A stretch of 64,000 nt of DNA from Nitrospirota bacterium (GTDB taxonomy: Bacteria > Nitrospirota > UBA9217). The DNA lies in NCBI GenBank assembly GCA_963663225.1, contig OY760142.1:1120001-1184000 (forward strand). Direction: 5' to 3'. Of the stretch, positions 1-9,045 are shown one piece after another (the stretch's first letter is position 1; each line of letters opens with the position of its first letter). The translations under genes and the position numbers were made by a program. The notes beneath the pieces were generated by a model. It saw nothing but the letters and a program-made list of their open reading frames with translations. It ran no database searches and was not told where the DNA came from.

Positions 1-345
1 GACGCCGAGATCAAGCAGGACGCCGTCCACTGCCGGATGATTCGTTTCCAGCAGCACGCGTTCGATATTTCGAAAATTCTCCTGCCGGATAATGACCCGA
101 TTCCCATAACCGGCAAGCGCTGTTGTGCATCGCTGAATCGCCTCGGCATCCTGGTCAATGCCGATCAGCACTCCGTCAGGCGCTGACCGTTTCAGAATTT
201 CCGCTGCGTGCCCGCCCGCCCCGAGCGTTCCATCTACATACACACCGCCTGCTTTTGGATTCAGCAGATCAACCGCTTCGGTAAGCAGGACAGGAACATG
301 TTCTAATTGCCGATTGCGAATTTCGGATATCGGATTGGTATTCAT
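1..345 (-). CDS. rsmH: 16S rRNA m4C1402 methyltransferase RsmH (MraW), N-terminal part; runs off the window
   Basis: Manual translation from ATG at 345: MNTNPISEIRNRQLEHVPVLLTEAVDLLNPKAGGVYVDGTLGAGGHA, with the HxPVL and DGTLGxGGH motifs; lies downstream of mraZ. Confidence 0.95.
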   Translation of the reverse strand, partial: MNTNPISEIRNRQLEHVPVLLTEAVDLLNPKAGGVYVDGTLGAGGHAAEILKRSAPDGVLIGIDQDAEAIQRCTTALAGYGNRVIIRQENFRNIERVLLETNHPAVDGVLLDLGV

Positions 346-412
346 GCTTCAATCCTCACAAAACCGTCCCTGCATTACAATCCGCATTTTGCAATCTACA
401 ATTGAAATACGA

Positions 413-772
413 TCAAAGCCCCAGCGGCAAATTGGTTGCGGGTTTTGCCACACCGAAGCTTTTCGCGGCCTGTTGGGTGGTGTCGAATACCTGAAACTCC
501 TCCAGCACGCCGGTTGTACGGAAAATATTTTTGATGTACTCGGACATCCCTGCGAGCCGGATATCGCCACCGAAGGACTGGAGCCGCTTTTTTTCTTCCA
601 CCAGCACCGAAAGGATTGTGAAATGTATATGTTCAACGGACTCAAAGTTCAGGATCAAACCGTACATCTCGCCTTTAATCAACTGACCGATGACCCGGCT
701 GAGTTCCACCATCTTTGCCGCATCAATTTCGCCTTCCAGGTTCATTTGGTATGTTTTGATTTTTTCATCCAT
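413..772 (-). CDS. STAS domain (anti-sigma factor antagonist-like) protein
   Basis: LEGEID...LILNFESVEHI...GGDIRLAGMSEYIKNIFRTTG pattern of SpoIIAA/STAS; ATG at 772 is 1 nt after the mraZ stop. Confidence 0.8.
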   Translation of the reverse strand: MDEKIKTYQMNLEGEIDAAKMVELSRVIGQLIKGEMYGLILNFESVEHIHFTILSVLVEEKKRLQSFGGDIRLAGMSEYIKNIFRTTGVLEEFQVFDTTQQAAKSFGVAKPATNLPLGL

Positions 773-773
773 G

Positions 774-1208
774 TCATAAGCCCAGCGCGGCAAGTGCGTC
801 GCCGATTTTGTCGCCATTTTGTGAATTCCTCGCCTCCCATGCCCCGGCGTCCCAGATTTCGATTTTATCAATAATTCCTACGAGCGTTACGCTTTTCGAT
901 ATCCTCGCATGTTCACGGTGTGCAGTTGGAATCAGCAGACGGCCTTGCTTATCCAGTTCACATTCGGTCGCCGAGGAAAGCAAAAAACGCATGAAATCCT
1001 TCACCTCTTGCTTCATCATGGGAAGCGTCCTGATCTTTTCTTCAAGCCGCTCCCATTCCTCAAGAGGATATACGGTGAGACAGCGGTCATAATCCATGGC
1101 GAGCACGAGCCTTCCGTCATAGCGATCTGCTATAATCTCACGAAATCTCGACGGTACGCTCACCCTGCCTTTTGCGTCTACCGTATGTTCAAAGCTGCCG
1201 CGGAACAT
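774..1208 (-). CDS. mraZ: Division/cell wall cluster transcriptional repressor MraZ
   Basis: MFRGSFEHTVDAKGRVSVP and ECELDKQGRLLIP duplicated AbrB-like motifs. Confidence 0.97.
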   Translation of the reverse strand: MFRGSFEHTVDAKGRVSVPSRFREIIADRYDGRLVLAMDYDRCLTVYPLEEWERLEEKIRTLPMMKQEVKDFMRFLLSSATECELDKQGRLLIPTAHREHARISKSVTLVGIIDKIEIWDAGAWEARNSQNGDKIGDALAALGL

Positions 1209-1214
1209 TTTCCC

Positions 1215-1248
1215 CCCGCTACACCCACTCTATCCCACAATATACCAC
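1215..1248 (-). promoter_or_regulatory. MraZ binding boxes (GTGG repeats with 10-bp period)
   Basis: Minus strand GTGGTatattGTGGGatagaGTGGGtgtaGCGGG immediately upstream of mraZ. Confidence 0.8.
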
Positions 1249-1259
1249 CTGTTGGCCAA

Positions 1260-1288
1260 AGTATATAATTCAGCCGCATCATTGTCAA
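1260..1288 (-). promoter_or_regulatory. Sigma70-type promoter of the dcw cluster
   Basis: TTGACA (1288-1283), 17-bp spacer, TATACT (1265-1260). Confidence 0.75.
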
Positions 1289-1389
1289 GAAAAATATTAA
1301 TTTTTTGAGATGTTACGCAGTGGGAGGGCAGTTTGGTGCGTATTTTTTTGCGTGACAAGAGGGGACAAAATAAGTATCATATTAGAGCA

Positions 1390-1716
1390 ATGACAGATGA
1401 TTTCTTTATCAGCGCGGACGAGAGCCATATCAAGCGCGAAAAGGCAAAATCTCGTGAAATACGAGAGTCGCAGTGGTGGAAACGAAGACGCTCGACAGGA
1501 ATATGCTTTTACTGCGGAGGAACGTTCAAGCCTGCTGAGTTGACCATGGACCATCTCATCCCGATCGTGCGGGGAGGAAAATCCGTACACGGTAATATCG
1601 TCCCGGCATGCAAAGAATGCAATTCAAAAAAGAAATATCTTCTTCCCACGGAATGGGAAGCGTATCTCGAAACCCTGCAAAACACTAAACAATCAATATC
1701 CGATAGTCAGGACTAG
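1390..1716 (+). CDS. Small HNH endonuclease family protein
   Basis: CFYCG...LTMDHLIPIVRGGKS...NIVPACKECNSKK; start taken at MTDDF. Confidence 0.9.
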   Translation: MTDDFFISADESHIKREKAKSREIRESQWWKRRRSTGICFYCGGTFKPAELTMDHLIPIVRGGKSVHGNIVPACKECNSKKKYLLPTEWEAYLETLQNTKQSISDSQD

Positions 1717-1815
1717 ACTGCTTTGCAACAAAACTGACCTGTTTATCCACCTATATTCGTTTATACACACTATTATCATGCTGCTACCGCGATAAAACCG
1801 CTCAGTTCTGACCAC

Positions 1816-1851
1816 AAAAAAGCCGGTTTCTCCGGTGAAACCAGCTTCTTT
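1816..1851. terminator. Probable bidirectional intrinsic terminator
   Basis: AAGCCGGTTTC-loop-GAAACCAGCTT stem with A/T tails between convergent genes. Confidence 0.55.
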
Positions 1852-1894
1852 CGTAACTCTACTCTTTTTCCGTTTCAGTAATACGGTTCGCGAA

Positions 1895-2422
1895 TCAGTC
1901 AGCCTCCCTCACCCAATCCACTCTGGCAAGCTTGTTATCATGCGACCAGCGATAGGTAACTTTGCCGTGAAATGCTTTTCCGATCGCCCTTCCGATCCGC
2001 TGCGCCAGCTTCTCGTTCGTCGTGGAAATAACAATGCTGCCGTATCCATTCTCTTTTATGGCCATTACCCGCTCAAGAGGGTTTAATCCGCGGGCGCGGT
2101 TTTCCTCGTTCTTAATTAAATTCAGCAAGGCGTCTTTATGCGCGAGAACATACCCCCCCTTCAGCGTAACGATCCCGCCGGGGAAGTTGTCGCGTATTTT
2201 AAGGCATGCAGGGCAAACCACCGCCAGAGCATTGGGGTGAGTTGTTTCAGAGATGCTGATATCCGGGGCCGCATACCATCGTTTATTTCTGTACACGGCA
2301 TGGCACACTTCACACACAGAAATCTTGCTGCTCGCACCTCTCGGGAGATACGAATCCGTCGTGGCAGATTTTTTCTTGTAAGAAAGCTTGTAGCCCCGTG
2401 CATCCTTTGCGATCAGTTGCAT
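1895..2422 (-). CDS. BCAM0308 family protein (zinc-binding, NMD3-like C-terminus)
   Basis: CEVCHAVY...KRW...CPAC..IRD..P.G...NPLERVM...TTNEKLAQRIGRAI family pattern. Confidence 0.75.
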   Translation of the reverse strand: MQLIAKDARGYKLSYKKKSATTDSYLPRGASSKISVCEVCHAVYRNKRWYAAPDISISETTHPNALAVVCPACLKIRDNFPGGIVTLKGGYVLAHKDALLNLIKNEENRARGLNPLERVMAIKENGYGSIVISTTNEKLAQRIGRAIGKAFHGKVTYRWSHDNKLARVDWVREAD

Positions 2423-2455
2423 AATGCCTCCCTCCTTGGTTCCTGCTGTAATGGT

Positions 2456-2674
2456 TCATTTCAGTTTTTTCTGTATTTCTGGAAACTGTTTTTTAAAATC
2501 CGGGACGGCTCGTGCGAGAAACATTTTCAGCGCCTTCAGTTCCGACTGCATGTCGCGGATTTCTTCAGATACTTCCGTTTCCTGTTTTTTCAGGGCGTCG
2601 GCAAGATTGGAAAGCGCCTTCTCCTGGATTTTAAGACGCTCTTCCGTGCTGATTGGGTTTCTCGCACTGTCCAT
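2456..2674 (-). CDS. Small coiled-coil hypothetical protein
   Basis: 72-aa helical heptad-rich ORF, co-oriented and tightly spaced between neighbours, GAGG RBS. Confidence 0.65.
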   Translation of the reverse strand: MDSARNPISTEERLKIQEKALSNLADALKKQETEVSEEIRDMQSELKALKMFLARAVPDFKKQFPEIQKKLK

Positions 2675-2690
2675 GGCCGCCTCGTATTTG

Positions 2691-3002
2691 TCAGGTATGC
2701 AATTTTATTCCAAGCTTTTTCTCGACGGATGTTACTTTTTTCTCAAGGCGCTGCTCAATGCCTTTTCGATCATCAATGGAAATCTTCGTGATCACCCGTT
2801 CCGCCTCCCGCATCACCGCATCATGACATTGTTTCACCACACCCATCACGGTATCCCATTCTCCTTCGAGCACGGTCCCCATAGGATTGATTTTGTAGCT
2901 CACTCCGCTTTCCGTAACAATTTTCATAACCTGTGCTATTACGGGACTGATGCTTATTCCCTTGCCCATAGGAACCACGCTGAATTCCAACATGGTACTC
3001 AT
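2691..3002 (-). CDS. MTH1187/YkoF family thiamine-binding protein
   Basis: EFSVVPMG...SGVSYKINPMGTVLEGEWD...RVITKISIDDR...KVTSV. Confidence 0.9.
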   Translation of the reverse strand: MSTMLEFSVVPMGKGISISPVIAQVMKIVTESGVSYKINPMGTVLEGEWDTVMGVVKQCHDAVMREAERVITKISIDDRKGIEQRLEKKVTSVEKKLGIKLHT

Positions 3003-3291
3003 AGACTCTTGCCCCTCCTTCCCAAATCATCCGGCCATGACATTCTTGCTTCAAAACAAACCGGAAATCTGAATAATTTGAATAGTTTCAAAAGCAACGT
3101 TATTGCAATCATATAGTGCAGTTCCGACTTAAAAAATCATCTCTTGTTTAAGTATAGCTATTGTCTCTCCGGGTGTAAAGGTTGCGGCATTCTCCGAATT
3201 TCATTTACAAATCATACAACCGTATGAGATAATCTGCTCCCATACAGAAAAAGTATGACAATCGTCTGCGCCGGCCGGAGAACTACCGCTC

Positions 3292-4059
3292 ATGAGAGCC
3301 TTGCTCAAGTTCCTAACAATTACGCCCCTGCTGCTCACCTATATAATTGTTTCTATCGCGATTATGCTTTTGCCGCTCAATGCACGAAAAAAACGTGAGT
3401 ATGCCATACAAAACAGTTCTCTCTTCTCCCGTCCTATTCTGAGAATTCTTGGTGTACGAATTCATGTCAAGCACCGGGACCGTCTGCATGAAACACGGAA
3501 AAACTGCCTCATAGTCTCCAATCATCTTTCGTATGTCGACGTTTTCGTTTTATCCTCGCTCAAACCATCGGTATTTGTAACATCCATCGAACTGCGGAAC
3601 ACTTTTCTGCTCGGCACCATTGCCAGACTTGCCGGCTGCATCTTCGTAGAACGTCGAAAGGCAGCGGGCCTGAAAGCGGAAATCGAGCAACTGTCCGTTG
3701 CGCTCAGGCAGGGATTTCCCGTGGTTCTTTTTCCGGAAGGCACCACGTCTGACGGAGACGGCGTAATGCAATTTAAAAACTCTCTTTTTGCCTCGGCAAT
3801 TGCTGCGTACGTCGACATCATCCCGCTCTGTCTTCGCTACACCAGGATAGACGATAAACCGTTGACACAACAGAATCGTGATGCGGTTTTTTACTACGGA
3901 GGCGTCAGTCTCTTTCGGCACCTTCCCCGCCTTCTCGTATGCAAATCCGTGGATGTTGAGGTGAGGCCTCTCAAGACCATAACAGTCCTTTCCCATTATT
4001 CACGCAAGGACCTGGCTGCCAAAACCCACCATGCCATCAGCGCGGCGTACCACGAATAA
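3292..4059 (+). CDS. Lysophospholipid acyltransferase (PlsC/OlsA family)
   Basis: NHLSYVD (NHx4D) and FPEGTT motifs, N-terminal hydrophobic helix. Confidence 0.9.
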   Translation: MRALLKFLTITPLLLTYIIVSIAIMLLPLNARKKREYAIQNSSLFSRPILRILGVRIHVKHRDRLHETRKNCLIVSNHLSYVDVFVLSSLKPSVFVTSIELRNTFLLGTIARLAGCIFVERRKAAGLKAEIEQLSVALRQGFPVVLFPEGTTSDGDGVMQFKNSLFASAIAAYVDIIPLCLRYTRIDDKPLTQQNRDAVFYYGGVSLFRHLPRLLVCKSVDVEVRPLKTITVLSHYSRKDLAAKTHHAISAAYHE

Positions 4060-4173
4060 TCCTCTCCCCAGGAACACCGGGAAGAGGCATTTTTGCAGGA
4101 ACTTCTTGACTTTTTTCTCGTCAGTTGTTATTTTACCAGGCTCCTCAAAGAAGCGGGGTTTTGCCGAAAAATT

Positions 4174-5781
4174 ATGAGCTACGAAGATGAAATAAGCAAA
4201 CGAAGGACCTTCGCCATCATCAGCCATCCCGATGCGGGCAAGACGACCCTCACCGAAAAATTCCTGCTGTTCGGAGGGGCCATCCAGGTTGCCGGCGCGG
4301 TCAAGTCCAACAAGATCAGGAAAAGCACGGCTTCTGATTTTATGGACATTGAACGGCAGCGGGGCATCTCAGTGGCGACGTCGGTAATGGGTTTTGACTA
4401 CAACGGACTCAAAATCAATCTGCTGGACACGCCGGGCCACAAGGATTTTGCCGAGGACACCTATCGAACGCTTACCGCGGTTGACAGCGTGGTGCTCGTT
4501 GTCGATTGCGTAAAAGGCGTCGAAGAGCAGACCGAAAAGCTCATGCAGGTCTGCCGCATGCGCAGCACACCGGTCATTATCTTTGTAAACAAACTGGACC
4601 GGGAAGGCAAAAACCCGTTCGAGCTCCTGGACGAGCTCGAGTCAAAACTGGACATCAAAGTCCAGCCGCTTTCCTGGCCGATCAGCATGGGCACATCGTT
4701 CAAGGGCGTTTACAATCTGTACAATAACAGTTTGTATCTTTTCCGCCCGGGCGGTGTTACCGTTGCAGATGATGTGCTTGCCATCAAGGGTCTTGATGAC
4801 CCGATTCTGGACCAGCAACTGGGCGATTACGCCGCGAAACTGAAGGAAGACGTGGAGCTGATTGTCGGAACGCATGATCCTTTTGATGTGGACGCGTATC
4901 TTAAGGGCACCCTCGCGCCGGTTTTTTTCGGCAGTGCCATCAACAACTTCGGGGTCAAGGAACTGCTCGATACGTTTACCCACATTGCGCCCATCCCGGG
5001 CAGCAGACCGACTGATCAGCGGCTGGTCAGTTCTGACGAAAAAACTTTCAGCGGTTTTGTGTTCAAGATACACGCGAATCTCGATCCACGCCATCGCGAC
5101 CGCATTGCTTTTATCCGCATTTGTTCGGGAAAATTCGAACGAAACAAAATGTTCCATCATGTGCGCATGAACAAAAACATCCGCTTCACCAGTCCGGCAA
5201 GTTTTCTGGGAGCACGAAAGAGCATCGTTGATGAAGCGTTCCCCGGAGACGTAATCGGCTTGTATGACACGGGCAGCTTCAAAATCGGCGACACACTCAC
5301 CGAAGGCGAAAAAATCATGTTCCAGGGAATTCCCACCTTTTCCCCGGAAGTATTCAAAGAACTGATAAACCGTGATCCCGGAAAATCGAAGCAGCTTTCA
5401 AAAGGCATCGAACAGCTCACCGATGAAGGCGTGGCGCAACTCTTCACCCAGCAGCAGGGAAACAGAAAAATCGTGGGTACGGTGGGCGTTCTTCAGTTCG
5501 ATGTTCTCCAATACCGCCTGGAACATGAATATGGTGCAACCTGCCGCTTCGAGCCCATGGCCATTTACAAAGCATGCTGGATTACGGCTGCGGACAAGCA
5601 GGAACTGGATAAATTCTGCAGGTTCAAAGCAGAGCGCATTGCCACGGACAAGGACGGCAACACCGTTTTTCTTGCCGAGTCAGAATGGGTGCTCAGAAAC
5701 ATGATCGAAGCCTATCCAGAAGTCACCTTTCACTTCAACTCAGAATTCAAGCGGGAGATGCAGAAGTCCACGGCATCCTGA
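4174..5781 (+). CDS. prfC: Peptide chain release factor 3
   Basis: [52 protein letters not shown]; start at MSYEDE. Confidence 0.97.
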   Translation: MSYEDEISKRRTFAIISHPDAGKTTLTEKFLLFGGAIQVAGAVKSNKIRKSTASDFMDIERQRGISVATSVMGFDYNGLKINLLDTPGHKDFAEDTYRTLTAVDSVVLVVDCVKGVEEQTEKLMQVCRMRSTPVIIFVNKLDREGKNPFELLDELESKLDIKVQPLSWPISMGTSFKGVYNLYNNSLYLFRPGGVTVADDVLAIKGLDDPILDQQLGDYAAKLKEDVELIVGTHDPFDVDAYLKGTLAPVFFGSAINNFGVKELLDTFTHIAPIPGSRPTDQRLVSSDEKTFSGFVFKIHANLDPRHRDRIAFIRICSGKFERNKMFHHVRMNKNIRFTSPASFLGARKSIVDEAFPGDVIGLYDTGSFKIGDTLTEGEKIMFQGIPTFSPEVFKELINRDPGKSKQLSKGIEQLTDEGVAQLFTQQQGNRKIVGTVGVLQFDVLQYRLEHEYGATCRFEPMAIYKACWITAADKQELDKFCRFKAERIATDKDGNTVFLAESEWVLRNMIEAYPEVTFHFNSEFKREMQKSTAS

Positions 5782-5845
5782 TCCTTCTTTATCAACAAAT
5801 CACTTCACCGCAGTATCAAGCAAAAACATACCAAGTAAAACATTC

Positions 5846-5964
5846 CACGCAGCGCGTCTAGATCTCCGTTGTCCGCGCGTCGCTGTGCCGACCAGGGTCT
5901 GGATTGTCCGAATGTCGTAGTTAGCTTGCAGGAAATGCGCGGCAAATGAGTGCCGGAAGGTGTG
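5846..5964 (-). pseudogene. intI: Integron integrase (IntI) C-terminal remnant
   Basis: [26 protein letters not shown], then after a 1-nt frameshift (H)[12 protein letters not shown], matching the IntI box GHSDVRTTMIYTHCV; catalytic Tyr codon is TAG (5860-5858); divergent from attC-bearing cassettes. Confidence 0.85.
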
Positions 5965-6045
5965 CAATGCGCCTAGCGAGCTTCTGACACACCGCACCTG
6001 CACAAAACGGCATCATATTGTGCAAAAATATCAGAGGAGATATCA

Positions 6046-6066
6046 AACATAAAGAAATAGTTAGAC
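6046..6066 (+). other. Candidate attI / cassette 1 start (GTTAGAC core)
   Basis: AACATAAAGAAATAGTTAGAC contains a perfect GTTRRRY at 6060-6066 whose GTTAGA complements the TCTAAC R'' of attC1; alternative core GTTAGTT at 6205. Confidence 0.45.
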
Positions 6067-6152
6067 CTAACTATGCACGCATTTGGAATATTATCCCGAG
6101 TTATAAATATAGTTATATTTAATAGTCATATCAATTCGTTTTTTCATATTGC

Positions 6153-6181
6153 TTGACATGGTCGTTCTTTTTCGTTAAAGT
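6153..6181 (+). promoter_or_regulatory. Sigma70-type promoter driving the cassette genes
   Basis: TTGACA, 17-bp spacer, TAAAGT. Confidence 0.6.
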
Positions 6182-6236
6182 CTGCAAAAAGTAGTCAATA
6201 AATGGTTAGTTTAATCTCTCTATTGGAGCCGCGGAC

Positions 6237-7145
6237 TTGAACGACAGCATAAAAGCAGAAGGCCGTGCTTTTGCAGAATTTCTTAAATCCCTTCCTGAGA
6301 GTGAACGGATTAAGGGCAACGAATTAGAACGCCGACGAGCAGAAGAAGAGTTCAAGCAGTTTCAAGAAGAATATGATAAGGGCTGCTGCTATCTTTGCAA
6401 CAAACCACTTACTTCTTTCAGCAAGAAACTCCCCTGCATCCACTGGTTATTGAAACCGAAGGGATTCAAGAAAAAAGATATAAAACTTGTTGCCAGTGTA
6501 TATGGCTTTTTTCAAATTCAGAGTTACCTGCGCTGGTTCGCAAACCAAGCTGGGTTTGCGCGAAATATTAATGACATGCCAGAGGGGGGCACAGGGAAGC
6601 TATTTGAAGTAACTATAAGATATCGTAATCTTGAATGGTCCTTCTCATGTGCTGAAGGCGATTACAACGGACATGACACATCACAACACGGTCAACAGCC
6701 ACATTACCATTTTCAAATGCGAGTAGACAAAAAACCATTTATTGATTTTGGTGATTTTCATATTCCATTCAGCAAAATGGATGTTATTAATATTGAAGCT
6801 ATGCGAGCACAGCCCAATCTTATAAAGCAACGGCATTCGTTTGGGGAAGGCATGAAGGATGTATTACGAGACGATACAGTCGAACAGATAATTAATGTGA
6901 CTGTCCCAGATGGTTATAATTCTGAAGAGGCCCCATTTAAAATCGATACCATTGCGATTGCAGAAGACGGGAAAACAATTAAAGGCGATGATGTCTACAA
7001 TCTCATTCAGGAGGCTAAAGCTAAAGGGGTTACAGTTGCTAGCCTCATGCACAAACTACCAAACGCACAAGCTCGCATCATTGTTTCTCCGGGGCCTGGC
7101 GTCGTCGAACAGGCTCCTCGTTCAAAGCGAAAAAAGGATAAGTAG
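6237..7145 (+). CDS. Integron cassette 1: hypothetical protein with CxxC and HxH motifs
   Basis: 302-aa AT-rich ORF, TTG start after GGAG RBS, followed 11 nt later by attC; motifs CCYLC, CIHW, PHYHFQM. Confidence 0.85.
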   Translation: MNDSIKAEGRAFAEFLKSLPESERIKGNELERRRAEEEFKQFQEEYDKGCCYLCNKPLTSFSKKLPCIHWLLKPKGFKKKDIKLVASVYGFFQIQSYLRWFANQAGFARNINDMPEGGTGKLFEVTIRYRNLEWSFSCAEGDYNGHDTSQHGQQPHYHFQMRVDKKPFIDFGDFHIPFSKMDVINIEAMRAQPNLIKQRHSFGEGMKDVLRDDTVEQIINVTVPDGYNSEEAPFKIDTIAIAEDGKTIKGDDVYNLIQEAKAKGVTVASLMHKLPNAQARIIVSPGPGVVEQAPRSKRKKDK

Positions 7146-7156
7146 TAATTGTGCTA

Positions 7157-7217
7157 TTCTAACCAATCGGCTCGAGAGGGTCGCGAAAACCGCGCGCCCT
7201 CAGCCGAGCCGTTATGT
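7157..7217 (+). mobile_element. attC site 1
   Basis: R'' TTCTAAC, 5-nt spacer, L'' GGCTCGAG (extra C), central stem-loop, L' CTCAGCC, spacer, R' GTTATGT. Confidence 0.9.
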
Positions 7218-7247
7218 CATCAAGGAACTACAAGGAATCTCGAGAAT

Positions 7248-8099
7248 ATGGATAAATTCAGCAAAAGGAGAATCTTCAAGACGCTGGCTGCAATTGCGGT
7301 TATTGTGACCGTAGGTTCTCTAACGTATATCTTTCTCTGGGGTAAACTGTTCCCCTATTCACCCGTGAAGTTGGGTTTCGCAAAACATGAGCTACCAAAC
7401 ACAATTATCTACGTCCAACACGGGGCTAAATGCGACAACCTCTCGGCGATCGATTCGTATCCACCTGGGGTAGAGAAGTTGCACGAACTACGATTCCGCA
7501 GGAAACCCGTAATCTACATTTTTCGAGATAAAGACAGCTATCTGCGCCGTTCCATGACGAAGGCCAGGTTCTATGCCTATCCAAACGACGGTCTAGTGAT
7601 ATCGCCATGGGCACTTCAAGAGGCGCAAGAGGGCAAGATCTCCTTGGAAATATACCTGAAGCATGAGTTGTCCCATACGCTGCTGTACCAGCACATGGGA
7701 ATTCTTGCCGCATATGTATACTTTCCACAGTGGCTTCTCGAAGGAATAGCCATGTATCATTCAAATCAAATGGGTACATCGTGGTATCCAGGGAAAAAGG
7801 AAGCATACGCTTACATAACACAAGGCAATTTCATAGACCCAAGGGACTACGCAACAGCAAGAGAAGAAAGCGCTGTTTTGAACGTTCAGTATCCCATCGC
7901 CTTCATCTACTCCGAATTCGGCTGCATTGTTGATGATCTCATTACAACATTTGGAAAAGAAAAATTCTTACAATACGTGGAGCGGTTAAGTTCTGGTTCC
8001 AATCACGACAAAGTCTTCAGAGAAATCTATGGGATTGATTTCGATCGTTTCTTGTTCAATTTCAAGCAGCGCGTGAAGGAGACTGTCAAGAAGACATAA
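7248..8099 (+). CDS. Integron cassette 2: membrane-anchored gluzincin (peptidase MA-like) protein
   Basis: N-terminal TM helix; HELSH zinc motif plus PQWLLEGIA third ligand; stop codon lies inside R'' of attC2. Confidence 0.85.
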   Translation: MDKFSKRRIFKTLAAIAVIVTVGSLTYIFLWGKLFPYSPVKLGFAKHELPNTIIYVQHGAKCDNLSAIDSYPPGVEKLHELRFRRKPVIYIFRDKDSYLRRSMTKARFYAYPNDGLVISPWALQEAQEGKISLEIYLKHELSHTLLYQHMGILAAYVYFPQWLLEGIAMYHSNQMGTSWYPGKKEAYAYITQGNFIDPRDYATAREESAVLNVQYPIAFIYSEFGCIVDDLITTFGKEKFLQYVERLSSGSNHDKVFREIYGIDFDRFLFNFKQRVKETVKKT

Positions 8100-8149
8100 C
8101 CCGTCAATACAGCCGATCGCTTACGCTCCGGCTGATTTTTTTGTTACGC
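8094..8149 (+). mobile_element. attC site 2
   Basis: R'' ACATAAC (GACATAAC is the exact complement of the cassette start GTTATGTC at 7211), L'' AATACAGC, L' GCTGATT, R' GTTACGC. Confidence 0.9.
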
Positions 8150-8288
8150 AACGACAGTTCATGCGCAGATCGCTCCTTATCCAATACTTTCAGATTGCCT
8201 TCTCTTTCGCTTGCTTTTACCGCATCAGGATGCTAATCTACTTATGCTGCATGGATTAAAAACCAGCACGGTACAGGGGGGATTTGCC

Positions 8289-8972
8289 ATGCTTGTCGAG
8301 TATTTAAAAAAAATTCCGCTCTTTAGCCATCTCAAACCAAACCAGCTCAAAGAACTCGCCTCGCGCTGCAAGAACGTTCAATTCAAAAAAAATGCCGTGG
8401 TTTTTTACAAAACGGACCTGAGCACCGACCTCTATATTGTCAACTCAGGCAAGCTCAAAGCGGTGCTCACGGACGAAGAGGGCGACGAAATGGTGATTGC
8501 CCATTTTGAAAAAGGCGCTTTTTTCGGGGAACTGAGCCTGCTTGACGGCAAAGGCCGCTCTGCGACGATCGTCGCGGATGCCGACTCCGAGCTCTCCGTG
8601 CTCAGACAGGACATGTTTTTGGACCTGCTTTACGGCAATCCCCGCATTGCGGTGGAACTGATGATCACCCTGGTTGACCGCCTCCGCAAAGCCGATGAGA
8701 TGATTGAATCTCTCGCGTTTCTGGAAGTCGGCGAGCGGCTCGTCCGTGTGTTTCTCGACGGCGCGGCAGCAGGTGGAGATTGTTCGGCAGGATTTCTTAA
8801 GGCAGGGAAGCCAACTCACAAGGAGCTTGCGGCGCGCATCGGGTCCTCTCGTGAGGCGGTGTCAAAATGCATGAAGGTGCTTACGACAAAGGGAATTGTC
8901 CGGGAAGCGGAAGGACAGATTCTTATCGCGCAGAACGCTCTGGACAGATTAAAAAGCGACGCTCATTCATAA
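8289..8972 (+). CDS. Crp/Fnr family transcriptional regulator
   Basis: cNMP-binding FFGELSLLDGKGRSATI; HTH THKELAARIGSSREAVSK; no N-terminal Fnr Cys cluster. Confidence 0.93.
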   Translation: MLVEYLKKIPLFSHLKPNQLKELASRCKNVQFKKNAVVFYKTDLSTDLYIVNSGKLKAVLTDEEGDEMVIAHFEKGAFFGELSLLDGKGRSATIVADADSELSVLRQDMFLDLLYGNPRIAVELMITLVDRLRKADEMIESLAFLEVGERLVRVFLDGAAAGGDCSAGFLKAGKPTHKELAARIGSSREAVSKCMKVLTTKGIVREAEGQILIAQNALDRLKSDAHS

Positions 8973-9045
8973 TCCGCCGCTCATTATTTCTTTCCGCACC
9001 TGCACTCTTCTTGAAATTCCGGCAAATCAAAATAATTTGTGAATA

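Noticed and set aside
158-874. 238-aa plus-strand ORF
   Set aside because: Antisense shadow of rsmH, STAS and mraZ; no motifs
5800-6003. 67-aa ORF as a functional recombinase
   Set aside because: Only the IntI C-terminal box, frameshifted, catalytic Tyr lost; called as a pseudogene
7149-7247. N-terminal extension of the cassette 2 ORF
   Set aside because: Runs through attC1; the real start is more likely ATG 7248
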